DNA of 64,000 nucleotides from Waddliaceae bacterium (GTDB taxonomy: Bacteria > Chlamydiota > Chlamydiia > Chlamydiales > SLFE01), in assembly GCA_963783885.1 (NCBI GenBank), contig CAWAPJ010000010.1, forward strand, positions 1-64,000. The letters run 5' to 3'. Position numbers and translations under genes: made by a program. This document shows, piece after piece, positions 47,720 to 58,367 of this stretch. How positions within the stretch are numbered: the stretch's first letter is position 1; each line of letters begins with the position of its first letter. Under the pieces are notes generated by a model. That model saw nothing but the letters and a program-made list of their open reading frames with translations, searched no databases and had not been told where the DNA came from.

Positions 47720-48429
47720 TAAGATCCTCCCAGGCGCCTTTCGCGCTGCTTATAATCGTCAATTGCGGCATAAAAGCGGTCGGGGGTAAAGTCGGGCCAG
47801 AGGGTCTCGGTGTAATAGAATTCCGAATAGGAAAGCTGCCACAAAAGATAGTTGCTGATTCTCATTTCTCCGCTGGTGCGAATGAGAAGGTCGGGATCGG
47901 GCCACCGGGAAGTATCGAGATGACGGCTGACGGTCTCTTCGGTCACATCTTCTTTTTTAAGCGTTCCTTTTTCAATTTTGCTGCAAATTTTTGAAAAGGA
48001 GCGGCAGATCTCGGAACGTCCGCCATAATTTAGCGCGAGAATGAGATGGATCTTGCTGCAATGAGCTGTTTTTTCTTTGCTTTCCTTTATGGTCTGTTTA
48101 ACATCTTCCGGCAAAGGATCCAAAACCCCAATTGTATTCAGTTTAACCCCTTTTTCGATCATGCGGGGGGTTTCTCTTTGCAAGTAGAGTTTGAGAAGCC
48201 CCATCAAAGCGTCGATCTCCATTTTAGACCGCTTCCAGTTCTCCGTGGAAAAAATGTAGAGGGTCATATATTCGATATCGATATCGGAGGCGGCTTCCAC
48301 GATATCTAAAATGATGTCGCAACCTTTTTGATGGCCGAAAGGGGCGTCCTGCTGAAGGCGGGCTGCCCATCGCCTGTTGCCGTCGGGGATGATGGCGACA
48401 TGTCTCGGGACTAATTTTAAGGGGATCAT
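47719..48429 (-). CDS. uppS: Undecaprenyl diphosphate synthase
   Basis: HVAIIPDGNRRWA, FSTENWKR, RTSGEMRISNY. Confidence 0.95.
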   Translation of the reverse strand: MIPLKLVPRHVAIIPDGNRRWAARLQQDAPFGHQKGCDIILDIVEAASDIDIEYMTLYIFSTENWKRSKMEIDALMGLLKLYLQRETPRMIEKGVKLNTIGVLDPLPEDVKQTIKESKEKTAHCSKIHLILALNYGGRSEICRSFSKICSKIEKGTLKKEDVTEETVSRHLDTSRWPDPDLLIRTSGEMRISNYLLWQLSYSEFYYTETLWPDFTPDRFYAAIDDYKQRERRLGGS

Positions 48430-49715
48430 GTCACCTCCGCAAGTTGGGGGAGAAGGTTAATTGTCTGCTTGCGGTCAGGGCCGACAGATATCAGCGAAAT
48501 CGGAACGCCGCAAAGGGATTCAATCATCTCGAGATAATTTTTGGCGTTTTGTGGAAGTTCCTCATATTTTGTCACATGGGATGTGGATGACATCCACCCT
48601 GGCAATGTCTCATAGACAGGTTCTATTTTATCCCAAAGATGAATATCGGCCGGAGGAATATCAAAGATTTTGTCTTTTAACCTATAGGCTGTGCAAATCT
48701 TGATTTCGGAAAAATTGTCGAGAATATCAAGTTTTGTCATAGCTAGTGAAGAAAAGCTGTTGATGCGGACAGCAGCCTTTGCGAGGACAGCGTCGAACCA
48801 GCCAATCCGCCTGTTTCTTCCTGTCGTAGTGCCGACCTCTCGAGCTGTATGAAGGTCAAATTCAGGCGAGGAAGGAAATTCGGTGGGGAAGGGGCCGTTG
48901 CCGACACGTGTTGTGTAAAGCTTCATGACTCCTAAAATATGGTCTATGGATGCAGGTCCGACCTCGGCTCCTGAGCAGATGCCTGCAGCTGTGGTGTTTG
49001 ATGACGTCACATAAGGGTAGGTTCCCGATGTGACATCAAGAAATGTCCCTTGCGCTCCTTCGAATAGAACGGTTTTATCTGAAGCGTTCTCAAGCAGAGG
49101 GTTGATATCCCGTACATGAGGACGCAATCTTTCAGCAGCATGGGCGTAATCGGTAAAAACCTCTTCAAAGGAGAGGGGAGAAGCTCCGAAAAGTTTTGTC
49201 AGCTCTTCATTTTTGATCTTGAGCATATACTTTAAAAGGGAATGGAAATGATCCAGATCCAAAAGGTCGGCGACGCGGACGCCGGAGCGGCTCACTTTGT
49301 CCGCATAGCAGGGGCCGATGCCGCGCTTAGTCGTTCCGATAGCGTCGTCTGCCTTCCTTTTTTCCTGAAGGGTGTCGAAGACCTTGTGGTAAGGCATGAT
49401 AAGATGGGCATTCGGAGAGATCCACAGCCTATCGTCAATGTCGATACCCTTTTCTTTCAGCATATCCATTTCTTTAGTCAGTACAAACGGGTCGATGACA
49501 ACACCTGCTGCAATCGCGCATTGGGTGTGTGGCTGGAGGATGCCTGTCGGGATGAGATGCAGTTTGTATTCTTGCGAATTAAAGAGAATCGTGTGGCCTG
49601 CGTTGTTGCCTCCCTGAGCGCGGACAATCCAGTCGGACTGCTGAGCCAGTAGATCGATGACTTTTCCCTTTCCTTCGTCTCCCCATTGGGCGCCGACAAC
49701 AATGATTCTTGGCAT
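48426..49715 (-). CDS. purA: Adenylosuccinate synthetase
   Basis: QWGDEGKGK, GGNNAGH, GTYPYVTSS, GTTTGR. Confidence 0.96.
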   Translation of the reverse strand: MPRIIVVGAQWGDEGKGKVIDLLAQQSDWIVRAQGGNNAGHTILFNSQEYKLHLIPTGILQPHTQCAIAAGVVIDPFVLTKEMDMLKEKGIDIDDRLWISPNAHLIMPYHKVFDTLQEKRKADDAIGTTKRGIGPCYADKVSRSGVRVADLLDLDHFHSLLKYMLKIKNEELTKLFGASPLSFEEVFTDYAHAAERLRPHVRDINPLLENASDKTVLFEGAQGTFLDVTSGTYPYVTSSNTTAAGICSGAEVGPASIDHILGVMKLYTTRVGNGPFPTEFPSSPEFDLHTAREVGTTTGRNRRIGWFDAVLAKAAVRINSFSSLAMTKLDILDNFSEIKICTAYRLKDKIFDIPPADIHLWDKIEPVYETLPGWMSSTSHVTKYEELPQNAKNYLEMIESLCGVPISLISVGPDRKQTINLLPQLAEVT

Positions 49716-49728
49716 TGTATTTTCCCCC

Positions 49729-51540
49729 TCAATCGGTTTTCAATAATTTGATGAAAGCGTCCTGGGGAATTTTGACCTTTCCAATCCCCATCTCTTTCAT
49801 TTTCTGCTTACCCTTTTTCTGCTTTTCCCACAGTTTCCGTTTGCGGGTGATGTCTCCGCCGTAACACTTGGCGGTGACGTTTTTTCCCATCGCAGAGAGG
49901 GTCTCCCTGGCGATAATTTTCCCGCCGATGACAGCCTGAATCGGCACTTTGAAAAGTTGGCGGGGGATCACTTCTTTCAGTTTTGCGCAGATGGCCCGCC
50001 CTTTTGCCAGCGCTTTGTCCTTGTGGACAAGGCAGGAGAACGCATCTACCGGTTCATCGTTCACCCTCACTTCGAGTTTGACAATTTGGCTTTCTTCATA
50101 GCCGTAAAACTCATAATCGAAAGAACCGTAGCCCCGCGTCAGCGATTTCAGTTTATCGTTAAAGTCCGAGATGATTTCAGCAAGGGGAAGGCGGTATGTT
50201 AGAAGAAGCCTGTGGGAATCGAGTGTTTCGGTATGTTCGCAGATTCCCCGCTTCTCCAGGCCGAGATTCATTATCTGTCCGAGGTATTCGTTCGGAATGA
50301 TGACATGGGCCCGCACCCAGGGTTCTTCAGCCCATTCTATGGCTGCGGGGTCGGGATAGTGGACGGGATTGTCGACTTCCTTTTCTGTGCCGTCAGTCAG
50401 GGTAAATTTATAAACGACGCTGGGGGCTGTCATGATAATATCAAGGTCGAATTCTCGTTGCAGCCTTTCAAAGATGATTTCAAGGTGAAGAAGCCCTAAA
50501 AATCCGCACCGAAAACCGAAACCGAGCGCATGGCTGCTTTCCTGTTCGATATAAAGGGCCGAGTCGTTGAGCTGCAGTTTGACAAGGGCGTCGCGGAGGT
50601 TTTCATAGTCAGGCGAGTCGATTGGGTAAATTCCTGCAAAAACAACAGGCTTCATCAACTCAAAGCCCGGGAGAGGCTCGGGAGCGGGAGATTTTTTGTG
50701 TGTTATCGTATCGCCGATCTTCACATCGGCAGTGTTTTTTATGTTGCAGACTAGATAACCCACTTCGCCAGGCATAAGGGTGTCGACCGGCTTTTGGTGG
50801 GGGACAAAGATGCCCGGCTCGAGCACCTCATACTCTTTGCCAGTAATCATCATTTTGATGGAGTCTCCTTTTTTAACTTTACCGCTGATGACGCGGACAT
50901 AAATCATGGCTCCCCGGTAGATGTCGTAATGGGAATCAAAAATAAGGGCTCTCAGATAATCGTCCTTCGGCTCTGCCGGAGGGGGAACCTCCCTGATGAC
51001 ACGCTCGAGAATTTCGTCCGTCCCTTTTCCCAATTTTGCCGAACAGCAAATCGCGTCGGAGGCGTCGAGTCCGATCACATCTTCAATTTGATGCCGCACA
51101 TCTTCGACATCAGCTGTCGGCAGGTCGATTTTGTTGATAACCGGAATGATTTCCAGATTTCTATTAAGAGCCAGATGGACGTTGGCCATTGTCTGCGCCT
51201 GCACCCCCTGGCCGGCATCGACAACTAGCAGAGCGCCTTCGCAGGCGGCAAGAGAACGGGAAACTTCATAGGTGAAGTCGACGTGGCCGGGTGTGTCGAT
51301 CAGGTTGATCTGGTAGATCTGACCGTCTTTGGCTTGATAGAACATGGTCACAGGGTGAGCTTTGATGGTGATGCCCCGCTCCCGTTCGAGGTCCATATCG
51401 TCTAAGACTTGCTCCTGCATTTCCCGTTTTTGGAGAGTGTGGGTCTGTTCTAGCAGACGGTCGGCAATTGTCGACTTCCCATGGTCGATATGAGCGATAA
51501 TGCTAAAATTGCGTATTTTGCTTCGGTCATACTGGAACAT
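49729..51540 (-). CDS. lepA: Elongation factor 4
   Basis: [36 protein letters not shown]. Confidence 0.97.
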   Translation of the reverse strand: MFQYDRSKIRNFSIIAHIDHGKSTIADRLLEQTHTLQKREMQEQVLDDMDLERERGITIKAHPVTMFYQAKDGQIYQINLIDTPGHVDFTYEVSRSLAACEGALLVVDAGQGVQAQTMANVHLALNRNLEIIPVINKIDLPTADVEDVRHQIEDVIGLDASDAICCSAKLGKGTDEILERVIREVPPPAEPKDDYLRALIFDSHYDIYRGAMIYVRVISGKVKKGDSIKMMITGKEYEVLEPGIFVPHQKPVDTLMPGEVGYLVCNIKNTADVKIGDTITHKKSPAPEPLPGFELMKPVVFAGIYPIDSPDYENLRDALVKLQLNDSALYIEQESSHALGFGFRCGFLGLLHLEIIFERLQREFDLDIIMTAPSVVYKFTLTDGTEKEVDNPVHYPDPAAIEWAEEPWVRAHVIIPNEYLGQIMNLGLEKRGICEHTETLDSHRLLLTYRLPLAEIISDFNDKLKSLTRGYGSFDYEFYGYEESQIVKLEVRVNDEPVDAFSCLVHKDKALAKGRAICAKLKEVIPRQLFKVPIQAVIGGKIIARETLSAMGKNVTAKCYGGDITRKRKLWEKQKKGKQKMKEMGIGKVKIPQDAFIKLLKTD

Positions 51541-51643
51541 AGAGCTTATGATACCAAACTCAGGACTAATCTTCTAGCCTGGATTTCTCACAAGGAGTGG
51601 TTAGAACCTGGCCGTTAAAAAATAATAGAAACTAAGAGGCACT

Positions 51644-51750
51644 TAGACACAATGTGCGTCATTTGGGGGGGGTACAGTTCACTAACAAGTGCCACCTATG
51701 CTGGTAAACTGCACCTTCTCATTTTCCTCTGTTGTGAAAATCATTGTCTA
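51644..51750. repeat. Degenerate palindromic element
   Basis: TAGACA...TGTCTA ends; inner arms GGTACAGTTCACTAACA / TGCTGGTAAACTGCACC. Confidence 0.4.
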
Positions 51751-51857
51751 TCTGTAGGATAGATTCAAATTATTAATGTAACAAGGTCTAAAGGTTGTCA
51801 AGAAGTTAACTTTAGATCCGAGATAATTTTCAAAGAAAGTCTCTTATATCTAATGAT

Positions 51858-53282
51858 TTAATTTTTGTAGGGAGGTTTAACTTGGGGGATAAAGGCTGTA
51901 TCGAGATATTTTTTTGGCACTTCTTCCCACCGGCGTCCATAATAACGATGAAGTTTTCCGGGGACGCACCCTTTGGCAAACACATTGGGCATAGAGAAGA
52001 AATCAGGTTTTTTCCAATCCCCAAAAACGAGCGATTTAGTTTTCCAGTTTTCTGAATTCTCATAATTGCATAATTGCTGCAGAGCTTTGCATTCATCTTT
52101 CTTTAAAGGGAGCTGAGTGACATTAGGAATGATTCCATGGGTGATGATATGGGCTTTGATGCGCCCATTAAGCGGCCAACCGTCGAACATTTTGATTGCT
52201 TCCTTGATTTTCTTATAAGCGGCAGTTGTCATATAGGGGATGATAAAAATCAGATGCTGCTGAGCAATTGTGTTTGGGTTGCCGGGAGCGATCCTAGCCG
52301 CTTGGTTCCAAAGTTTATGTATGATTTTTTCATCTATTTGAGTTCCCGAATAACTGCAGTCGTCAAAAATCAAAAGAGCATGATTTTCCTTTTTGAGAAA
52401 CTCGGTATTAGTCCCATCAAAATCAAAGTCCCCTCCAAATAGGGTTGTATCAGGATGAATATTGACGGCTTCTTGGGGAAAATAACTTAAGTGAGGAAGG
52501 GCCAATTCAGCCACCCATTTTTGGCTTCGTGTTGGAGCATAGGCGACTGAAACATTTTTGATTTCAGGATGTGCGGCGAGAAAAAGATTGAGCTTATGGC
52601 ACGATTTTTTTAAAGCATTAAGGAACTGAGACATTGTGATGTGCATAATGTGGTGGTCGATAACTTTTTTGGCTACATTTCTTATTTTTTCGTCATTAAT
52701 CAGTTCAAGGTATAACTGAGCTTTCTCAGTATCGATCTTTTGGCTTTCGGCAAGGGGAGGATTAGCACTTAGACAAGTTAAATCACATTGGTTTAATCGC
52801 TGCTGAATCTTTGATTTATCAGAAGGTTTTTTGTATGTTTGGCGCGCCCTCCATGTCCTTTGGATGACAGTGGCGGCACGATTTTCGCGATCGGTTGGTT
52901 CTTTATATTTTACACTAAAACGAGTGGATGGCTGATGGGAAGCGGCTGCTTCTTCTGATTTTTCACTAGAATTATGGGAAGACAGAGAAGAAACGGGTGA
53001 TGTTTGGATGACGTAATCATGAGACGATCTCAGGGCGGCTTTTAAACCGAGCATTATCAGAGGCAGGATAATGGTAAAATAGGACGTGATTTTTAAGGCG
53101 GTTGTCAGCATTGATGCTTGACTATCGACCAATTTGACACTTTCGGATTTATCATCAATGGAAATAACCTTGGCTTTTCGCCCTCCGAGATAAAAATAGC
53201 TATCGACCTTTTCCCGAAAGGCCTGCCCATGGGTTTTGGGGTTATTATAGCTAACAGCTGTAAAAAAATTAATATCACTCAT
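51858..53282 (-). CDS. DUF648-like N-terminus plus IQ motif plus PRTase-like domain (candidate effector)
   Basis: EKVDSYFYLGGRKA...TALKITSYFT; AATVIQRTWRAR; LLIFDDCSYSGTQ. Confidence 0.7.
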   Translation of the reverse strand: MSDINFFTAVSYNNPKTHGQAFREKVDSYFYLGGRKAKVISIDDKSESVKLVDSQASMLTTALKITSYFTIILPLIMLGLKAALRSSHDYVIQTSPVSSLSSHNSSEKSEEAAASHQPSTRFSVKYKEPTDRENRAATVIQRTWRARQTYKKPSDKSKIQQRLNQCDLTCLSANPPLAESQKIDTEKAQLYLELINDEKIRNVAKKVIDHHIMHITMSQFLNALKKSCHKLNLFLAAHPEIKNVSVAYAPTRSQKWVAELALPHLSYFPQEAVNIHPDTTLFGGDFDFDGTNTEFLKKENHALLIFDDCSYSGTQIDEKIIHKLWNQAARIAPGNPNTIAQQHLIFIIPYMTTAAYKKIKEAIKMFDGWPLNGRIKAHIITHGIIPNVTQLPLKKDECKALQQLCNYENSENWKTKSLVFGDWKKPDFFSMPNVFAKGCVPGKLHRYYGRRWEEVPKKYLDTAFIPQVKPPYKN

Positions 53283-53373
53283 TATTTATCTAGTAAATAT
53301 TATATAAGACGTTATTATCCTCAATAATTATTAAGATTTAATTAATAATAGAGAAGGTCACTTACATAGAGAT

Positions 53374-53458
53374 TGCGGCCAAGAAGACTTGAACTTCCAC
53401 CGAGATAATCTCGACAAGAACCTGAATCTTGCGCGTCTACCAATTCCGCCATGGCCGC
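53374..53458 (-). tRNA. tRNA-Leu(CAG)
   Basis: GCGGCCATGGCGGAATTGGTAGACGCG-CAAGA-TT-CAG-GT-TCTTG, long variable arm, GTTCAAGTC. Confidence 0.93.
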
Positions 53459-53471
53459 AAAAAAAAAAGAT

Positions 53472-53554
53472 TGCCGAAGGTGGGACTCGAACCCACACCC
53501 GGTTGCCCAGAGCAGATTTTGAATCTACCGCGTCTACCGTTCCGCCACTTCGGC
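53472..53554 (-). tRNA. tRNA-Leu(CAA)
   Basis: GCCGAAGTGGCGGAACGGTAGACGCG-GTAGA-TT-CAA-AA-TCTGC, long variable arm, GTTCGAGTC. Confidence 0.93.
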
Positions 53555-53668
53555 AAGAGCAAAATTATATGAAAAAGAGGATTTAAATTAAAAGGATATT
53601 GTGTCAGATGGCACTGGCGCAAAATAAAATTTTTGTTCGATAATGGCAATTTGAATTAGGAGGTAGCT

Positions 53669-54010
53669 ATGATTGAAGGAATTAAAAGGGGTTTTTTCGA
53701 CAATTATAATCAGAGAAACTGGGAAGCTCTTAAAGAAATTTACACAGTTGACGCGGTCATTCATACACCGGTAGGGGATCTTAAAGGCGGGCAGGCAGTT
53801 GTTGATATCGCAAAAAGGAAGTTGAAGGCCATGCCGGATATGCAGTTCACTCCCTTGTTTGGCAGTTATGACGATAATATTGTTGTTTTGCAGTGGTGCG
53901 CGAAGGGAACTGCAGTTGGTTCTGAGAAGGAAGAAACTGTCTTTTGCGGCAGCTATAAATTTCGCATGAGCGGCAAGATGGTGGCTGAACAATGGGAAAA
54001 AAGGTATTGA
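53669..54010 (+). CDS. SnoaL-like/NTF2-fold protein
   Basis: AGGAGG RBS; YN..WEALKEIYTVDAVIH...G...MPDM pattern. Confidence 0.75.
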   Translation: MIEGIKRGFFDNYNQRNWEALKEIYTVDAVIHTPVGDLKGGQAVVDIAKRKLKAMPDMQFTPLFGSYDDNIVVLQWCAKGTAVGSEKEETVFCGSYKFRMSGKMVAEQWEKRY

Positions 54011-55231
54011 TTACTTATCGAAGCAGCCGATTTCATCGGACGTCTCTTCGGAAGAGTCTGATTCTTCGAGGAGATGAGCGGTAGTTCCGGGAGGGTGGCG
54101 GTACCAGCCCGGATCTTCATAGCTGGTGATCCCTTCGCGCACTTTCACCACTGTAAACATGCCTGACAGTTCTATGTTGCCGAATTGCCCGGGAACGCCC
54201 CAGGGGACAAAGTTGGAGGGGCGTGGAATTTGGCGGTGCTTTTCGGTAAACATATTCCCGAATCCTTTTTGTCCCATAGGCATGTAGCCGGGTATGAGGG
54301 CGGCGATCCGCTTGGCGACTTCCCCTTGGTCGGCGCCGAGCATATTGGTCCCGAGGCCCATGCCGTTCATTGCCGCGTGATGGGTGATATGGCAGTGCAT
54401 GGCCCAGTCGCCGGGGTTGTCGGCAGTAAATTCGATGTCGCGGGTCGTGCCGACAGGAACGTTGATGGTCACGGTGGACCACTGAGCCGATTCGGGCAGT
54501 CTTGCGGCGCCCATTCTTGTGACCATAAACTCATAGCCGTGAAGATGAATGGGATGGGGAATAAGGCTGAGGTTGCCGTATCGGATCCTGACTTTTTGTC
54601 CCTGTCTGATGACAAGGGGTTCGGTTTTTGGGAAGAAGCAGCTGTTGAAGGTAAAATAATTGAGGTCCATGGTCATGACATTGGGAGTGGCTGCTCCCGC
54701 GGGTATGGACCAGGCCATCAGCATAATGACAAAATCCCTGTCGACGGGTTCTTCTTCCGGCTCTTTGGGATGAATGATGAAAAAGCCCATCATTCCCATA
54801 CCGATTTGGGTGATGTCATCGTAGTGGGGGTGGTACATGTAGGTGCCGTTTTGTTTGAGTGTGAACTCGTAAACAAATGTTTCTCCGGGAGGAATTTCGG
54901 GTTGGGTCAAAGCCATGACGCCGTCCATTCCGTTTGGAAGGATGATGCCGTGCCAGTGTACTGTGGTGGGCTCGGGAAGTTTGTTGGTGACAAGAATGCG
55001 GACACGGTCGCCTTCGACAGCCTCGATCACCGGTCCCGGAGACTGCCCGTTGTATCCCCAGCAGTTGACGACCATCCCCGGAGAAAATTCCTGTTTGATC
55101 GGTTCTGCTATGAGGTGGAATTCTTTGACTCCATCGACCATTTTGTAGGGCAGCGTCGAGCCGTTCGGCATTGTGACGGGGGTATACGCCATCAGTGAAA
55201 GGGGTAAGAGCAAAAGGCAAAACCATTTCAT
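54011..55231 (-). CDS. Two-domain multicopper oxidase
   Basis: HWHG, MYHPH, HPIHLHG, MHCHITHH; Met-rich tail. Confidence 0.92.
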   Translation of the reverse strand: MKWFCLLLLPLSLMAYTPVTMPNGSTLPYKMVDGVKEFHLIAEPIKQEFSPGMVVNCWGYNGQSPGPVIEAVEGDRVRILVTNKLPEPTTVHWHGIILPNGMDGVMALTQPEIPPGETFVYEFTLKQNGTYMYHPHYDDITQIGMGMMGFFIIHPKEPEEEPVDRDFVIMLMAWSIPAGAATPNVMTMDLNYFTFNSCFFPKTEPLVIRQGQKVRIRYGNLSLIPHPIHLHGYEFMVTRMGAARLPESAQWSTVTINVPVGTTRDIEFTADNPGDWAMHCHITHHAAMNGMGLGTNMLGADQGEVAKRIAALIPGYMPMGQKGFGNMFTEKHRQIPRPSNFVPWGVPGQFGNIELSGMFTVVKVREGITSYEDPGWYRHPPGTTAHLLEESDSSEETSDEIGCFDK

Positions 55232-56562
55232 GGGAGGCCCCCTCCCACAGCAAGCGTGAGATTGGCCCGGAAGATCAGGTAATCCCGGGCGGTGTCGGCA
55301 ATCATCATTTTTGTGCTGATTTCTTCGGCTTTGGACTCAAGAAGCTCATAAACTCCTGCGTTCATAAAGTTGTAGAGGCAAAGGGTTTGATCGATGATCA
55401 ATTTGTTATTGGGGAGGATGATATCCAACAGATCATCCAGCTTTTCTTTCGAGACAACCACCCCTTCAAATGCAGTGTTGACATCTTGGGAAACCTGCAG
55501 GGCCAAATTTCGGTACATTTGATAACTTTGCTGAAATTCCGCGCAGGCTCTCATTCGGTCGCCCTGGCCGTAATTGAACACAGGAATCTCAAGAGCGAAA
55601 CCGGGCCCTGTTTTTCTCAATCCATCGGGTTCGCTTTCATAAGCGGCTCCTGCCATAAAATCCGTGTAGGCCCACCAGCGGTAGAGGCCGAAAGAGGCGG
55701 CGATGCTGTCGGTTTTAAGTCGTTGCGCTAAAAGGTCGAGTCTTTGGCAAAAGGCAATCTCGAGCAAATCTTCTCTGCAAAGCAGAGGGGTTTCAGGGAC
55801 GGACGTTCGGCAAGGGATGTGAATTTCCGTATCGCAGATTCCCATGAGATGGGCCAGCTGCTGCCGATGAGTGTTGACATCGATTTGCATTGAGCGGTAT
55901 TGCTGCAGGGCGTGTTGATAAACATCCCAATAATGATTGAGATCGAGAGCATAGATAATGCCCGCTTCATGTTGCTTTCTCGCCAGCAGATACTGCAGCT
56001 CTTTGACTTCCAGAAGCTGGTTTTGAAGGTCGAGGTTTGCCCGGGCGGCTTGAAGAGAATAATAGCTTGAGCAGACCTGTTGGATAAAAGAGAACATCTC
56101 ATGAGCGACTTGAGCGTTTGTCTCGGCTAAAGCAAGCGAGGCGGTTTTTTTTCGGATAGGCTGAAGCAGTATATTGACAATTGGCTGCAATGCGTCAATT
56201 TCCGTGTTGAAAAGAACATAAGGCTGGTCGGGGATTCTGACGGCTGCTCCGAAAATGGGATTGGCAATCAAGCTGGCATTGACAAGGTCGGCTTGGGCGA
56301 TGCCGATCATTTCGAACAGAGCTTGTATTTCGGGACTGTTCAAAAGGGCGATTTGAACGGCTGATTCTACCGTGAGTTCATCAGTGAGAAGGCAGGAGAT
56401 CGTGTCTTCTTTGCATGTCGGCAGCCTCCTGTCCCAAGAGACTTCGTAACCGCTTCTTTCCGAGACAGTTTCGTTGACGCATTGCGCTGCCGGGTCGGGC
56501 ACCCGGGCGCAGCCGGCTAAAAGTAGAACAATGCACGTTGCGTAGAATCGTTTTTTCATCAT
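55228..56562 (-). CDS. TolC family lipoprotein linked to the copper oxidase
   Basis: Lipobox LAGC; AVQIALLNSP, IANP, EIPVFNYGQ. Confidence 0.85.
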   Translation of the reverse strand: MMKKRFYATCIVLLLAGCARVPDPAAQCVNETVSERSGYEVSWDRRLPTCKEDTISCLLTDELTVESAVQIALLNSPEIQALFEMIGIAQADLVNASLIANPIFGAAVRIPDQPYVLFNTEIDALQPIVNILLQPIRKKTASLALAETNAQVAHEMFSFIQQVCSSYYSLQAARANLDLQNQLLEVKELQYLLARKQHEAGIIYALDLNHYWDVYQHALQQYRSMQIDVNTHRQQLAHLMGICDTEIHIPCRTSVPETPLLCREDLLEIAFCQRLDLLAQRLKTDSIAASFGLYRWWAYTDFMAGAAYESEPDGLRKTGPGFALEIPVFNYGQGDRMRACAEFQQSYQMYRNLALQVSQDVNTAFEGVVVSKEKLDDLLDIILPNNKLIIDQTLCLYNFMNAGVYELLESKAEEISTKMMIADTARDYLIFRANLTLAVGGGLP

Positions 56563-56588
56563 GATAAAAATTTATCATGATGAAAAAA
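56551..56588. promoter_or_regulatory. Perfect 38-bp palindrome over the TolC start codon
   Basis: TTTTTTCATCATGATAAA-AA-TTTATCATGATGAAAAAA. Confidence 0.6.
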
Positions 56589-56592
56589 TAAT

Positions 56593-58365
56593 TTATTTCA
56601 AAAGAGTTTTTACAGCTTGCAGGTATTCCTCGGCAATGACGTCGCAGTGTTCGATACCCAGATCGACCGGAGATGTTTTATCGCTTTGAACTTCGGCATA
56701 GATTTTGACTTTGGGTTCTGTTCCCGAAGGTCTGATCGCCACTTTCGAGCCGTCTTCAAGCCAATAAACGAGAACATCGGATCGGGGAAGTTCCAGTTTT
56801 TCAGTTTTTCCCGAGTGGGTATATGTCTTAGTGGACGAGAGGTAATCGTCTATCACTTCGATTTTGCTGCCTAGCAGGGATTCCGGTGCCGATTCGCGCA
56901 GAGTTTCCATTGAGTTTTTCATCTGCTCGCGTCCTTCTTTGGTTTCTCCAAAGTTCAGTGAACAGAGCTTTGCCCGATAAACGCCATATTTTTTGTAGAT
57001 ATCGTGCAAACGGTCGACAAGGGTTTTATTTTCTTTTTTTGCTTGCAGGGCAGCCTCGGCAAGCAGGCAGCTGACAATGACAGCGTCTTTGTCTCTTGCG
57101 TAATCGCTCAGGAGGTAGCCGTAGGATTCTTCTCCGCCGAAGATGAAGGTGAGTCCTTCGGGATCATGCTCCCATTTGTTCATCATCTGGCCGATGTATT
57201 TGAATCCGGTCAGAACATTGAAGCAAGGGACGCTGTAGTGGCCGGTAATCGCTTTGAAAAGCTCGGTGGTGACGATGGTTTTAATAAAGGCGGGATTCTT
57301 CGGCATCTTTTTTTGGCTTGTGAGTGCCTCCAGAATATGTTCAAGGCAAAGGCAGGCAATTTCATTGCCGTCGAGAATAGTGATTTTATTCATGTGGTTG
57401 ACGGCGCATCCGATGCGGTCGGTATCGGCGTCTGTAGCGAGCAGGATGTCGCCCCGGATTTCGACTAAAGAGTTGATGCCCAGTTTCAAAGCATCGCGAA
57501 TTTCAGGGTTCGGGGCCGGAACTGTGGGAAACGTTCCGTCAGTCGATACCTGGCTTTCGACAATATGCGTATTGATGAAACCCCACATGGCAAGAGCCTG
57601 GGGAACAATTGTGATGCCGGCTCCGTGCAGGCTTGTGTAGATGATTTTTAGCGAGTCACCCAGCTGCTGGTTGTCTTTTGCATAATGCTGCAGTTTTTCG
57701 ATGGTTTGAAGGTAGGCCTCATCGACATCGGGGCCATACCAGACTATATTGGGGTCGCTAAGATCGGCCGCTTTAATTTGATCGAGCTCGGTCACTTTGC
57801 TTACCTCTTCAATAATGCCGACGTCGTGTGGAGGAAGGACCTGAGCGCCATCGCCCCAGTAGACTTTATAGCCATTGTAGGCGGGCGGGTTGTGAGACGC
57901 AGTAATCATCACTCCTGCCTGGCAATGTTTAAAGCGAGTGCCGAACGAGACGAGAGGAACGGGTCTCAAGTCTTCATTGATATAGGCTCTGATGCCGTTG
58001 GCGGCGAGAACGCGGGCGGTTTCTTCGGCAAAGAGGCGGGAATTCAAACGGGAGTCGTAGCCGATCAACACGGAAATGGGCGACTCGGTAAATTTTTGTT
58101 TTTTCAGATAATTGGCCAAACCTTGCGTCGCTCCACGAACGGTGTAGATGTTCATACGGTTGGTCCCCGGCCCCATTAATCCTCGCAGTCCCGCCGTTCC
58201 GAATTTGAGAGTTGTATAAAACGCGTTCACCAGTTCTTGAGGCTGCTTTTCCTGAAGGCCGCGGATTTTGGCTTTGGTCTCCTCGTCGAAGCTGCCGCTT
58301 AGCCAGGTCTCGACATTTTTCTTTGTTGCAGCATCCAAGGAGATGGTTTGGGGTGAAGTCGCCAT
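56593..58365 (-). CDS. pgm: Phosphoglucomutase/phosphomannomutase
   Basis: FGTAGLRG, TASHNP, DADTDR, GEESYG, RPSGTEPK. Confidence 0.93.
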   Translation of the reverse strand: MATSPQTISLDAATKKNVETWLSGSFDEETKAKIRGLQEKQPQELVNAFYTTLKFGTAGLRGLMGPGTNRMNIYTVRGATQGLANYLKKQKFTESPISVLIGYDSRLNSRLFAEETARVLAANGIRAYINEDLRPVPLVSFGTRFKHCQAGVMITASHNPPAYNGYKVYWGDGAQVLPPHDVGIIEEVSKVTELDQIKAADLSDPNIVWYGPDVDEAYLQTIEKLQHYAKDNQQLGDSLKIIYTSLHGAGITIVPQALAMWGFINTHIVESQVSTDGTFPTVPAPNPEIRDALKLGINSLVEIRGDILLATDADTDRIGCAVNHMNKITILDGNEIACLCLEHILEALTSQKKMPKNPAFIKTIVTTELFKAITGHYSVPCFNVLTGFKYIGQMMNKWEHDPEGLTFIFGGEESYGYLLSDYARDKDAVIVSCLLAEAALQAKKENKTLVDRLHDIYKKYGVYRAKLCSLNFGETKEGREQMKNSMETLRESAPESLLGSKIEVIDDYLSSTKTYTHSGKTEKLELPRSDVLVYWLEDGSKVAIRPSGTEPKVKIYAEVQSDKTSPVDLGIEHCDVIAEEYLQAVKTLLK

Positions 58366-58367
58366 GA

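Noticed and set aside
51790-53400. tRNA-Leu-anchored genomic island
   Set aside because: No convincing duplicated tRNA 3' end and no integrase.
54185-55198. 337-aa plus-strand ORF
   Set aside because: It is an antisense shadow of the multicopper oxidase with no motifs.
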